From assembly GCA_951406725.2 (NCBI GenBank), contig OX597822.1, positions 64,790,001 through 64,854,000 of the forward strand: 64,000 nucleotides of DNA, in the 5' to 3' direction. This DNA is from Octopus vulgaris (taxonomy: Eukaryota). The position numbers and the translations under genes are program-made. This document shows, piece after piece, positions 1 to 14,172 of this stretch (within the stretch, counting starts at the first letter, position 1; each line of letters begins with the position of its first letter). Below the pieces are notes generated by a model, which ran no database searches, was not told the origin of the DNA, and saw nothing but the letters and a program-made list of their open reading frames with translations.

Positions 1-220
1 TAACTATAAATACATATACAGAGTCTAAATCTTTTCAACCCATTCACACACACACACACAAAGACATATACATATACACACAGGCGCACACACACACATA
101 TGCACACTCACAAACACATACACATAAACAGAGACACACGTACACACACAGTTCCATGTTTTCTGATAACCTGTAGACTTCAAACAAATAAAATTACTAT
201 AAATACGCTCACACACGTAC

Positions 221-270
<50 letters not shown>

Positions 271-1102
271 AATCAATCTAACGAACACCCACTGCCACAC
301 AAACATATACATGCAAAGACATACATACATACATACATACACACATACACCTACAGAAACCCAGATAATTTTTCACGCAAGACAACAACCTGTATACTTC
401 AAATAAGAAGCGTAAATTTATAGCCACACACACTCAAACATCAGCAGACACACACATACACGCGCACAGAGACATACACAGACATACACACACACATAAA
501 GACACATCAGTACAAACGCACAAATTCTCGAACTAAAAAGATACACAAAGACATATACTCCACACATGGTCACGCAAACACATACTCTCATACATACGAA
601 ACACGTAATCATACACACGTAATTAACACAGGCACACATATACATAAATAATACATAATGCTTACATAATACATGCGTACAAATACGTAGTTTCTTGTTA
701 GACAACCTGTATGCTTCAAACGAGCAAATTTAATACAGACGCGCGCACACACACTCACACACACACATACAATTTAATGTATATTCATAGGCATAAGCAC
801 ACACATGCACACACTGGCAGTGTTTTTTTCGAAAAGCCATATTTTTTTCTTCCCTTTTGACGCTTTCAAAAGAATTGCTTTCCTTACCAATATTTATAGC
901 TGTACATATGTCAGTGAGGGGAGAGAATAATCTCCAAGAGACCTGATACATACATACATACATACATACATACATACATACATACATACATACATGCATA
1001 TCTGTATATATAATACATCTACATCATTTGTGTCGTTATGTGCACACAAACACACACACACACACTGACATACATAGGTATATATATAATATATATACAT
1101 AT

Positions 1103-1142
<40 letters not shown>

Positions 1143-1256
1143 TAATATACATATATACATATGTATATATGTACATATATATATGTACAAATATATACAT
1201 ACATAAATATGTATGTTCTGTATATATATGTACATATTTATATGCATGTGTGCATA

Positions 1257-1329
<73 letters not shown>

Positions 1330-1453
1330 TATACATAAATACATGTGTATGTAGATATTTATATATATGTATATATAAATATTATACGTATATTACATAT
1401 ATATATATATATATATATGTATACATACATATATGTGTATAATGATATGTGTG

Positions 1454-1504
<51 letters not shown>

Positions 1505-1696
1505 CACACACATGTTTACATCTGAAGATAATATGGAAATGTCATAACCTATATCGCACACTAAATTGTTGGGAATGTGGGCGATTCTTTTCAGAAGTAA
1601 GAGTAACCTTTCATTAATGTATTAGATAAAAAGTAGAAAGAAAAATATAAAACTTATACGCAGATATATATAATATAAAAAAGAAAACGAAATATA

Positions 1697-1790
<94 letters not shown>

Positions 1791-2414
1791 TCTACGTTAA
1801 TGTTAATGAAACTAAAACAGTGGCGGTGTGTGCAAATAGAGTTATATTTAGATTCAAATTGCTCACTGCAGCATGGCGGATTTAACTTCATGCAATCTTC
1901 TTTCTTTCAACAACTGAAATACAGCGGCCATTTTGGAGAAAAAAAAGAGAAAAGACACAATCCGAATAGAAACGGTATAATCAGTTAAAGTTTTACGTCA
2001 CACCGTATATATATATTGTGACATGCAAGACTTTTCATTAACATGCGTGTGTATATCTATACATACACACACACACGTACAGGTGCGCACACAAACACAC
2101 ACACACACGCACATATATATTCATATTTTCATATTTAAGTTCTTTGTAGACCACCACGCTAGACTGTCAAATGGAGTAACGTTTATTTATTCATACCTAT
2201 GCTGTCTGTTTCTCTCTGTCTGTCGGCCTGTCTGTATGTCTGTCTCTCTCTCACGCACAATGGAATTCACTAAGATCAATATATCAACTATAAGTGTTTA
2301 TGTCTGTCTACACGAGAATATCAAATAGAAAGGTAGACAGGTATACACACATATACACGAGCTTTAAATAAAGAAATCACATATACACGAGCTTTTGTAC
2401 AAACATATATATGC

Positions 2415-2459
<45 letters not shown>

Positions 2460-2637
2460 GTAAACGGACATACAATCATACACTCATATATACATGCTTC
2501 GAGATATTAAGATTTGCATAGAATATGAATGTATCAGTAAAAGAAGAAAGTCTATATATTAAAGAAATATTTACATGTTCCACTATTTATGCATATATAC
2601 ATATACACACGTTCATACATATATATCTCTCTTTCTC

Positions 2638-2670
<33 letters not shown>

Positions 2671-2674
2671 ATGC

Positions 2675-2722
<48 letters not shown>

Positions 2723-2725
<3 letters not shown>

Positions 2726-2860
2726 GCTTGCGTACCATCAACATGGTTCCAGGTTCAGTACCAGAGCGTGGCACCTGGGGCAAGTGTCTTCTACTATAGC
2801 CTCGTGCTAACCAAAGCCTTGGGAGTGGATCTGCTGGACGGAAACTGAAAGAAGCTCGTC

Positions 2861-2910
<50 letters not shown>

Positions 2911-3175
2911 GTACGTGTGTGTGTGTGTGTGTGTGTATGTGCGTGTATGTGTATGTATGTGTGTTTGTGTGTCTGTGTTTCTTCCCTGAACATCGCTTGA
3001 CAACCGATGATTATGTGTTTGCGTCCGCGTAACCTAGCGGTTCGGCGAAAGAGACCGATAGAATAAGTACTAGGCTTGCAAAAAATAAGTCCTAGGGTCG
3101 ATTTGTTCGACTAAAGGCGGTGCTCCAGCTTGGCCACAGTGAAATGACTGAAACAAATGAAAGAATAAAAGAATA
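2723..3175 (+). mobile_element. tRNA-derived SINE family A, 5'-truncated, with internal (TA)n/(TG)n tract
   Basis: Head GGTTCCAGGTTCAGTACC...GGCAAGTGTCTTCTACTATAGCC and tail GGCGGTGCTCCAGC..GGCCACAGT..ATGACTGAAAC, shared with several other copies in the window. Confidence 0.85.
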
Positions 3176-3750
3176 TACACACACACATATATATACACAT
3201 ACATACATACACACACACATTCATACACACGCACACACGCACATATATATGTAGTACATACATAACTATGGACAACTCTTTCAAAACCTCTAATTTCTAT
3301 ATCCAGATTATAAATTCACGTATATACTAATAATAGGTACATTGTTTTGATCTCTTACACTACGGCTAGCTATTCTATACAAAACATAGTAGGGGTGTTT
3401 GTAGTGATGATAAAAATCAAGATATATATGTACCTAAAGCTTTTTAAAGTGAGAAATTGTCTTTCACAGGGCCAGTCCCATTTTCTGAGAATGAAGAACC
3501 AAAATTGAAGAATAGATCTCCATTATTGGAGGCAAACGAAGCTGTAAGTGTTGCGTCAGTGTTTCCATTCTCCCAAAGAAATATCTTAAAAAACGACTAG
3601 GGATCTCTCCCTCCCATCTCTAACATGTTCGGGTCACTGGCGACTAAACCGGAAACTCCATCATGCCTATTTGGTAAGGAGGGTGGTTTTGGTTGGGTCC
3701 ACTTCAACAGGAAACAAAATCTGTCAAAGTGTTAATGAATTCAGTACATA

Positions 3751-4630
3751 CGAGTTCTGATCAATACGTATTTGGAGTGTTGCCATAGAAACGATGCTAA
3801 AGCACGCAAAGTAAAGCTGTTTGGCAAAGATTGACCATGAACTCTGCTGTGTATGCGCACTTAGTTTTAACGTTCCAGCTCACTTCTGCCGCTTACAGCA
3901 GTGCTTGGAAGGAAGGTGTGTAGCCTGTGATCGTTGCATTGACCATGACAGAGAAAGTTGACATGGTGATACATGCTTAGAGGCCGACGCAAAGTTGCAG
4001 AAAGTGTATGGAAAGGAGTGTATAAGTTGCACAGAAGTATATAAGTGGTTCAGACGTTTCCAAGATAGCCGAAAAAGTGTTGATACTGACGAATGTTCTG
4101 GGAGGCCCGCAGCCAGTAAAACTGAGGTGCATGCAGTTGTGAGGAGAAATCGTCGAATCACCACCTGTGAGTTATCAGAGGATGTGCAGATTGGTTACTG
4201 TTCAGCTCAGTCCATTATCACTGCAGATTTGGGTATGAGACGCGTGTGTGGCAAGTTTGTGCCAAAACCTGCTTTCAGCTGACCAAAAGGACACTCGGGT
4301 TTCAGTTGCACAAGATTCTCTTGATTGTGTCGAGAACGTTGAAAACGTTTTGAGAACTTTGTGTGGGCCTCTGGGCGAGTATCGCCAAAATTTAGGCAAA
4401 GTTTGATGTAGATTCTCTATTTAACTTACTTGCCATTATCAGTGCGATGATCACACGCCACACCCCATCATTCCAAGCACTGCTGTTAACAGCGGAAGCG
4501 AGCTAGGACGTTAACACTTATTGCCTATACACAACAGAGATCAAGCTCAATCTGTACCAAGCAGCTTTACACTGCTTACCTTAGCCTCGTTATTATGGCA
4601 ACAGTCTTGATACTTATTGATCAGACCACG
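3751..4630 (+). mobile_element. Internally deleted mariner element with ~85-bp imperfect TIRs and TA target duplication
   Basis: Left end TA|CGAGTTCTGATCAATACGTAT..GTTGCCATAG mirrors right end TATGGCAAC..TACTTATTGATCAGACCACG|TA. Confidence 0.85.
3995..4330 (+). pseudogene. Mariner transposase N-terminal HTH fragment
   Basis: QKVYGKECISCTEVYKWFRRFQDSRKSVDTDECSGRP...NRRIT..EL...LGMRRVCGKFVPK (WVPxxL-like motif); no DDD catalytic domain. Confidence 0.85.
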
Positions 4631-4932
4631 TATACGAATTAATACATATACACATGCATACATATATATGTATGCGTGGGAGGGCGTAATTACGTGCCAT
4701 CAGTTGGTATGGTTTTTCAAACAGGCAGTTTCAAAAGCTGTACCTGCAGAAACTTCGAAGTCACTGTTTCATTATGGAATATTTAACTAAACTTCATGTA
4801 TTGACTTCTTTATACGGAACATTTGTTTCAAAATGAATTAATACTCCTGTGTCATTGTGAAGTACGTATATGTGTGAATCCCTGTCTCTGTCTTTCTCTC
4901 TCTTATCTATATATTATATTATATATATATTT

Positions 4933-4994
<62 letters not shown>

Positions 4995-5235
4995 TATATA
5001 CATATACATATACATATACATATCTACATATATATATACATATATGTACATGTATATACATATATATATATTCATATATATACATATATATATACATACA
5101 TGCATAATACATACAAACATACATACACACATACATATACATATATACATATATCTATAAATATATACATACATACATATATATACATATATATATATAT
5201 ACATACATGCATGCATACATACATACATACATACA

Positions 5236-5270
<35 letters not shown>

Positions 5271-5287
5271 GCATATATATATATATA

Positions 5288-5334
<47 letters not shown>

Positions 5335-5349
5335 GTATATATATGCATA

Positions 5350-5452
5350 AAGTTAATCCAAGCATGAAAACACAAAGAGAAGACAAGAACGCGAGGACGT
5401 GGAACAAGTATAACGTTATTGGACGCTCAGGAAAGAAAAGAAAGAAGGGGGA
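5350..5452 (-). mobile_element. 3' fragment of the hammerhead-bearing repeat family at 47265-47460
   Basis: Reverse complement matches ~47363-47458 (CGTCCAATAAC..TTCCACGTCCTCGCGTT..TGGATTAAC); flanked by (TA)n. Confidence 0.7.
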
Positions 5453-5859
5453 TGCATAGATATATATACATAATATATACCTACCTACCTACCTATATAC
5501 ATACATACATACATGCATACATATATTTGTGTGTGTACATATACATATATATATATATATAAGATTGACCAAAGCTCAGCTGACAATAAAGCCAAACCAT
5601 TTAATTCCTAGATTTAATTATGTTTAACAACTAAATGAATTTAATCAAAGCATCTAAATATGAAACATCATGAAAATTGTTCCAACTGAAGTCCTTCTTG
5701 ACCGGCATATTTTTCCATTCGGGTCAATACAGAATTACAGATAGTATTTATGGAATTTTGATTAACTATCGGGTGACTTTTGGACTAACCTGTGAATATA
5801 TACATACATATATCTGCCTTGATATGTGTGCGCGCCATAAACACACTCACATATAGGCA

Positions 5860-6432
5860 TACATACATCCATCCATCCATACATACATACGTACGTACGT
5901 ACGTACTTACCTACATACATACATACATACATACATCCATACATACATCCATCCATCCATCCATCCATACATACATACGTACATACATACATACATGCAT
6001 GCATGCATACATACATACATACATACATGCATGCATACATACATACATACATACATATATACATACATACATACATACATGCATGCATACATACATATAT
6101 ACATACATACATGCATGCATACATACATACATACATACATATATACATACATACATACATACATGCATGCATACATACATACATACATGCATACATACAT
6201 ACATACATACATACATACATACATACATACATGCATGCATACAAACATACATACATACATACATGCATGCATACATACATACATACATGCATGCATATAT
6301 ACATACATACATCCATCCATCCATCCATACATACATACATACATCCATACATACATACATACATACGTATATACATGCATACATACATACATACATACAT
6401 ACATACATACATACATACATACATACATACAC
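5860..6432. repeat. (CATA)n/(CATG) compound microsatellite
   Basis: Direct reading; source of spurious MYVC/HTYI ORFs. Confidence 0.95.
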
Positions 6433-7052
6433 ACGTAACGCATATTTTGCTTACTGTCGCAAAACAATGACACAAGAGGAAGCTAAATAAATATCAGAAA
6501 GGCTGCAGAATTGCTACAAATGCTGATAAAAATGTAGTTTATTGATATAAAGCAGAACTATATATCTTCAAGGACTTGTGAATGACACCGAGATGTTTAA
6601 AAAAACTGCCGCAAGCTGTTTTTCACATGCGAGTTTGATTCCTGGTTTTTGCCTCATTTCACTTCACTTCATTCTCTTATTTGCAATTTCCGACCGTAGT
6701 GATTAGCTTGCAGAAATGGAGAAGAATCTCTTCGGAATAATATCCTCTAAATGAAACACCAACATAACTGCCACAGCCACCGTCTCTACCAGTAATGTAG
6801 AGATAATGAAACAACGATCCACTGAGGCAGCGTCTGGTAGATGCTGAATTTGCTAGAGATAACAGATGTAAAATATTACTCAAATCGCTGTCTTGAAAAT
6901 GAAGGACGTATTGAACAAATTAGTCTGGCTGCCAACTTCACTATTACTTTTTGTCTTTACTCTTTTACTTGTTTCAATCATAAGGTTGAAGGGTTCAGTC
7001 GGAATATCAACCCTAGTACTTATCTTTTTAAAGCTTGTTACTTATTCTATCG

Positions 7053-7354
7053 TGGAGACATATGGCCTAGTGGTTAGAGCAGCGGACTCGCGGTCGAGGG
7101 ATCGCAGGTCCAAATCTCAGACCGGGCGATGTGTGTGTTTATGAACAAAACACCTAAGCTCCACGCGGCTCCGGCAGAAGTTAATGGCGAACTTCTGCTG
7201 ACTCTTTCGCCACAACTTTCTCTCACTCTTTCCTCCTGCATCTAGCTGCTCACCTGCGATGGACCGGCGTCCCATCCAGGTGGGGAACCTATACGCCAAT
7301 GAAACCGGGAAACCGGCCCATTATGAGCCATGCATTGTTTGAGAAGGAACAAAC
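7053..7354 (+). mobile_element. tRNA-Arg-like SINE family C nested inside a minus-strand family A SINE (6958-7445)
   Basis: A box TGGCCTAGTGG and loop GGACTCGCGGTC; flanked by CTTATT(C/T)TATCG target duplication; family A sequence resumes on both sides. Confidence 0.8.
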
Positions 7355-7502
7355 TTATTTTATCGGCTGTTTTCGAGATCTGCTAAGTGTCGAAGTCCTA
7401 CACAAACCATAACCGGCTATCAAGCTTTGGTGAGGGACAAGCACACACATAGATACAAACACATACACACGAACACACACATATACATATATATATATAC
7501 AT

Positions 7503-7750
7503 ACATCTCCGGAACTGTAAATATCTGTAAAACTTTCCAGAAGCGTATCATTTAAGTATATATGATTATATCTGGATATAGAACTATATGCATGAGAATA
7601 CATACATAAAACAAAATATGCAAAACTGCACGTATACATACATACAAAAATACCCTGTTGATGTTGTTGAAAGTCCAATGAAGGAGCCTTGGATCTAGGT
7701 TAGAAACCGGTTCTTTCTCTATTGGCAAGAAATCTTGAAATAAAACTAAA
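7503..7750 (+). mobile_element. 3' end of an RLE-type non-LTR retrotransposon sitting in (CATA)n
   Basis: Terminal peptide ISGTVNICKTFQKRII* (7505-7555) resembles RLE C-termini; the UTR ends AAATAAAACT; related fragment at 8547-8661 encodes RDREEKLCIVVKISYTADVNI (RLE-like) and repeats TACAAAAATACC.TGTTGAT. Confidence 0.6.
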
Positions 7751-7754
7751 CACT

Positions 7755-7973
7755 CACATATATACAAACATACATACATGCATACATACATGCATACATA
7801 CATACATACATACATACAAACATACATACATGCATACATACATACATACATACATACATACATACATACATACATACATGCATACATACATACTTACATA
7901 CATACATACATACTTACATACATACATACATACATACATACTTACATACATACATACATGCATACTTACATAC

Positions 7974-8004
<31 letters not shown>

Positions 8005-8025
8005 CATACATACATACATACATAC

Positions 8026-8056
<31 letters not shown>

Positions 8057-8251
8057 CATACATACACTTACATACATACATACATACATACTTACATACA
8101 TGCATACATACTTACATACATGCATACTTGCATACTTACATACATAGATGCATGCTTACATACATACATGCATACTTACATACATACATACATACATACA
8201 AACATACATACATACATACATACATACATACTTACATACATACATACATAC

Positions 8252-8282
<31 letters not shown>

Positions 8283-8538
8283 CATACATACTTACATACA
8301 TACATACATACATACTTACATACATGCATACATACTTACATACATGCATACTTGCATACTTACATACATAGATGCATGCTTACATACATACATGCATACT
8401 TACATACATACATACATACATACATGCATACTCACATACATACATGCATGCTTACATACATACATGCATACTTACATACATACATGCATACATACATACA
8501 TACATACATACATACATACATACATACATACATACATA
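7755..8538. repeat. (CATA)n/(CTTA) compound microsatellite
   Basis: Direct reading. Confidence 0.95.
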
Positions 8539-8665
8539 CCCTATCTCGGGATAGAGAAGAGAAACTGTGTATAGTTGTGAAAATCAGCTACACAGCAGAT
8601 GTTAACATAAACATACATACATGCGTACATACATAAATAGATACAAAAATACCTTGTTGATAATA

Positions 8666-8810
8666 CAGTTTTATATTTAAGAGATAAGGATTTATGTACA
8701 TTATTTACCCACTACGCCATATGCCCACGGGTATATGGCGTAGTGATTAAGAGTACGGGCTACTAACCCCAAGATTCCGAGTTCGATTCCAGGCTGTGAC
8801 CTGAATAATA

Positions 8811-8877
<67 letters not shown>

Positions 8878-9024
8878 TAATAATGATAACAACAACAACA
8901 ACAACATCGAAAAATACTTTAGGAATCAGAACCCAGGTTCGAAATTTCCCCAATACACCAGATGAAGGCTGGAGGGTATATCAGCCGAAACGTTGTGTTA
9001 GCAACAAAATGAGGACAAATATCC
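8666..9024 (+). mobile_element. tRNA-headed element with (AAT)n linker and hammerhead-like 3' module; internally inverted
   Basis: A box TGGCGTAGTGA and B box GAGTTCGATTCC in 8729-8800; hammerhead-like motif at 8955-8998; tail homologous to 45342-45520. Confidence 0.7.
8955..8998 (+). ncRNA. Minimal type I hammerhead ribozyme motif, one core mismatch
   Basis: ACAC-CAGAUGA-A-GGCUG..CAGCC-GAAA-CGUU-GUGU; palindromic AACGUU. Confidence 0.65.
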
Positions 9025-9149
9025 AGTTGACTACTTCAGTCGATGTATTAAAGGCCTTGTGCCAAAATTTGAAAGAATAATCATTACTAACTCGACGAAT
9101 CTCAGAATCAGTGATTCCGCGAGCAAGGCATCGTCGTTATTAATTACTG

Positions 9150-9680
9150 TTGAGGTCAGTTTTGCTTTCCATCCATCTAGAGTCGCTACGTTCTCAGTTC
9201 AAATTCCGCCGAGGTTGACTTTACCTTTTATCCTTTCGGGGTCGATAAAATAAATACCAAATGTACACTTGGATTGATGTAATCGATTCCTTCCCCACCT
9301 TCCCCACGCTGCCCTTGTGGCAAAAAATTTGAAATAATTATTATTAGGGCAGTGGATTGGCAGAATCTTTATGACACCGGAAAAATACTTTGGAGTTATT
9401 TCTTCCGGCTCTTTGCATTCTGAGTTCAAATTCCACTGAGATAAACCTTATCTTTCATTATTTTGCCTAAAAGTGATGATGAAATGATATGACTGCGTAC
9501 AATAAGTACAATAATTAGCAGTTAATCTATTCCATTCAACACTTTACTTGACAGATATTTTATTGTATCGACCCCAAAAGGATGAAAGGTAAACCTCGAT
9601 GGGATTTGAACACAGAAAGTAAGGAAACGGAACATATACCGCAATTTGTTTCTTCCGACGCTCTAAGGATTTCTACTCGC
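9150..9680. mobile_element. Cluster of SINE family F fragments on both strands
   Basis: GTTCAAATTCCGCCGAGGTTGAC..TCCTTTCGGGGTCGATAAA motif, repeated throughout the window. Confidence 0.75.
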
Positions 9681-10229
9681 ATGCTCCCTTATTAGATAAT
9701 GTGATATTGTGATGCTATGTGTGAAAAAAATGCAGGATGGTCATATCTAGGACGCCTTTGATCAAAGGTTTGTTTCATCAAGACTGACGTATGATTACCC
9801 AGCAACAATAACAGTTAGAACAATGCCACATCCACCACCAACAACAACGATTTCAGTTCTTAACTTGTGGATGCTGAAAGTACTGTGAGGCCCGACATGA
9901 GGAGCGAAGCTTTTGTTATGACTGGTATGTGCAACTTAACACAGGGCAGATGCGCCATTACACACCACAAATACAGGTTTGTTTTTCTGGACTTCGGCTT
10001 ACAGTTTGATGCATTTAAACCAAGTCCAACATCTGAAGGACCCAGACAAAGAGACACTTGGTTAGCCAGTCAAAACACTAATCTTTTTCATACTCTAGCG
10101 AAGCAAAGCGACGCTTTTAAATAGCAGCGGACATAATAAGCAATTTCAGTCTGTGTGTGTGTATTAGTTCTCTGTCAAACAATAATCTCACTGAAAGAAT
10201 GCACACAAGGCAGAATGAGGTCACACACT

Positions 10230-10277
<48 letters not shown>

Positions 10278-10545
10278 CACACACACATATACACATACAC
10301 ATACACACGCACGCACGCATACACACATACACATATGCGTATGCATACGTATATATATATATATATATACACATATATATATACACACACACATAAATAT
10401 ACATACATAGTTATAGACAGATGGATAGATAGATAGATCTAGAGAGAGTGATTTGAATATGCATATACAAATATACGTAAATATATATATATATATATAC
10501 ACATAAAACATATACATATAAATATATATATACACATACATACAT

Positions 10546-10631
<86 letters not shown>

Positions 10632-11205
10632 AGGTGTGTATATGTATATATGTGTATGTATATATATATATCTTTGTGTGTGTGTAGATATAGCGGGAGA
10701 GGTAAAGTGCAGACCAAAACAATAATTAAAAAAAAATGTGTCTTCCCTGTATTTAATTCCTAGTTCCCGGTAACTTACTATTCTCTCACTTCCTCTCCTT
10801 CCCTCTCTCTCTTTCTCTCCATTTCATTCTCAATTCCTGTGCATGTGCATTATGTAAATATGGACACAATGCATATTTATTCGGCAAGAATGTTTTTTTT
10901 TCCTTTTTTTTTCCTTCTTCCCCCTTTTTTTTCATATATTTATTCTCTTTATTTTTCTTAATATGCCACTCGCCCCCACGCGCTCTCTCTCTCTCTCTCT
11001 GCCTTGTCTACACTTTACCTAAGTTGTATTCAAATAACGCGTTTCAACTCAGTTTGGCTGGTTTGAAGGACTTTCTGCACACAAAAACCCGACGGCATTG
11101 TATAAATAAATACTGATGGGAAGGACGCATAACATTTGAAGCAGGGAGATTTATTAATTTTCCAGTTAATCTAAATACAAAACATGAAGCAGGGGACATG
11201 GATTC

Positions 11206-11262
<57 letters not shown>

Positions 11263-11453
11263 TTGCCATGCATTTCTCACGTTTCTTTCTTCACCAGCAA
11301 AAACGATTGAATTGAAACCAGTACAAGTGTACACAGATTTACTTTAGAGCATAAGTAGTTGTCTTCTGAATGTTGGACGCATTTTATAAGCAGGGAACAC
11401 GTCCTAGAGGAAACGTGTGGACACGAGGATGTGTTGTTTTGTGTGTATATGTT

Positions 11454-11484
<31 letters not shown>

Positions 11485-11853
11485 ATGGATTTGTATAAGT
11501 ATGTGTTCGTGTATGTATAAGTATGTGTTTGTGCATTATGTTAAGTGTGGATGTGTGTCCTGGTGAATATTTATTTCGCTTTAGACATAAGTGGATAAAG
11601 AGGAAGCTTATTATGTCAACAGAGAGAGGGGGAGGGAGAGTGAGTGAAGGAGAGAGAGAGGAAGAGGAGAGTGAAGGAAAAAGAGAGAGAGACAGAGAAA
11701 GACAGATGGACAGAAAAACAGAGAGAGAAATAGGGAGGGAGAGGGGGAATAAACAGAGATAGCGACAGAGAGAGATATATAGAGAGGGAGAGATAGAGAC
11801 ACACAGAGGGTGATAGAGGGAGAAAGAAAGAGAGCGAAAGGGAAAGAGAGAGC

Positions 11854-11915
<62 letters not shown>

Positions 11916-12065
11916 AAGGAATAGAGAAATAAGTAAACAGACAAAGAGAGACACGGAAAGAAAGGAACAGAGGGAGACAGAGAGGAAAAGAGACAAGGTC
12001 AATGAACGATAGAGACGGAGAAGGAAGGGAAAGAGAACAGTACCAGTCACATGTCTTCAACACAT

Positions 12066-12100
<35 letters not shown>

Positions 12101-12258
12101 AATAATAATGATTTCAAATTTTTGGCACATGGCCAGTAATTTCGGAATGGTATGTTAAGTCGATTTCATCGACCCTCAGTATTAAACTGGTATTTTTTAT
12201 TCTATCACCACGCTAAGCATTTTACCCGGCTTGTTAAAGATTCTGCCAGCTCACCGCC

Positions 12259-12345
<87 letters not shown>

Positions 12346-12348
<3 letters not shown>

Positions 12349-12903
12349 GCCCTGATGCAGTACCAGGCAGAGGCTCTCATGGCTTCTGATCTTAACTGAT
12401 TGGAAGTGTTATCATGTACATTGTTTTGTCTTGGTATAAAAGATGGGCTACAGCAAATATTCTGCTCAATACCACAGATTTGCTTGTCAGTTGTTTGACC
12501 ATAACCAGTTGAGCATGTCCCTTAGTGGCTGACGATATGTGCATCTTTGATCACGAGCAGAAGTAGTGGGGGAGCATCATAGCCATGTGTTGAGAAGGAT
12601 TCTTTGGGGTTTGAATAATTCACCTCTGGAAACATGGGTGTTTCGTTCAACGTCCTTAAACAACCCTTATTCAGGGACCTTTTGAGCGGGATGGGTTACT
12701 CGATCTGAAGAAAATTCTAACTGGGCTCCACCTGCAAAGGTCATGTGCTGTTTATCTTGATATGAGATCACCATGTCGCGCACATATGGTTGTGATGCAT
12801 GTGCCTGGTGTACCCTTATCAGACGGGTAGTAATGATGGGTATACTGGGCTTCGTATATTTTACCCCAGTGTCACTTTGATGGCATGCTCTGCTCGCTCA
12901 CTC
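12346..12903 (+). mobile_element. 3' UTR of a Dong/R4-like RLE retrotransposon inserted in (AAT)n
   Basis: Homologous to 13195-13642; flanked on both sides by (AAT)n. Confidence 0.75.
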
Positions 12904-13055
<152 letters not shown>

Positions 13056-13080
13056 GAAGAAGAAGAAGAAGAAGAAGAAA

Positions 13081-13642
13081 ACACATAAAACAGCACTGCT
13101 TGAAACCGCTCGAATACTCCGGATAGTGATCGAAGAATAAGGGGGTGTTGCCTTAGTTCACAGTGATAGATGTTGTGCAAAGACAATAAATAGCAGTCAG
13201 TGGTCCTCATGGCTTCTCATCTTAACCGATTGAAAGTGTTATCACGTACATTGTTTTGTCCCTTTGTGGCTGACGATGTATGCATCTCTGATCACAAGCA
13301 GAAGTAGTGGGGGAGCATCATGGCCATGTGTTGAGAGGGATTCTTTGGGGTTTGAATAAATCACTTTTCAAAGCGTGGTTAATTCGTTCTACATACTCAA
13401 ACTGCACTTATTCGGGGACCTTTTGAGCGGGTGGGCTACTCAACTTGAAGAAAATTCTAACTGGGCCCCACCTGCAAAGTCATGCGCTGTTTATCTTGAT
13501 TTAAGATCACCGTGTTGCGCATATGTGGTTGTGATGCATGTGCCTGGTGTACCCTTATCAGACGAGAAGTCATGATGTATATACGGGGCTTCCTATATTT
13601 TACCCCAGTGTCACTTTCAGTGCATGCACTGCTCTCTCACCC
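13081..13642 (+). mobile_element. 3' end of a Dong/R4-like RLE retrotransposon
   Basis: THKTALLETARILRIVIEE* matches the R4/Dong-type C-terminus (QKAxLLGTARILR); followed by a ~500-nt UTR and (AAT)n. Confidence 0.75.
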
Positions 13643-13780
13643 AATAATAATAATAATAATAATAATAAGTTACTAAATAGTAGTGATAATAAAATAACAG
13701 CAACAACAGTGGCAACAAAGATATTTTCTGTATCTGACTGAAAGGGCAAGAACGAGACAGCATTAATCTGCATGTCCAAA

Positions 13781-13819
<39 letters not shown>

Positions 13820-13830
13820 CGTGCGTGTGT

Positions 13831-13878
<48 letters not shown>

Positions 13879-14066
13879 CAAAGAAATGTACGATAAACTA
13901 TTATGAAATGCAAGAAGCCTCTAATAACAACGTTGACTGCAAAGGCAATAATGATGACGACGCCACCGACGGCGACGCCACCGGCAACGACGACAACGCC
14001 ACCGACAACGACGCCACCGACAACGACGCCATCGACGGCGACACCACGACGACAACGACGACAATA

Positions 14067-14118
<52 letters not shown>

Positions 14119-14138
14119 CGGTTTTGTTGTTGTTGTTG

Positions 14139-14172
<34 letters not shown>

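Noticed and set aside
7053-7125. Heads of SINE families A, C, G and 8729-8800 as true tRNA genes
   Set aside because: No complete acceptor stem or terminator; they continue into repeated SINE bodies
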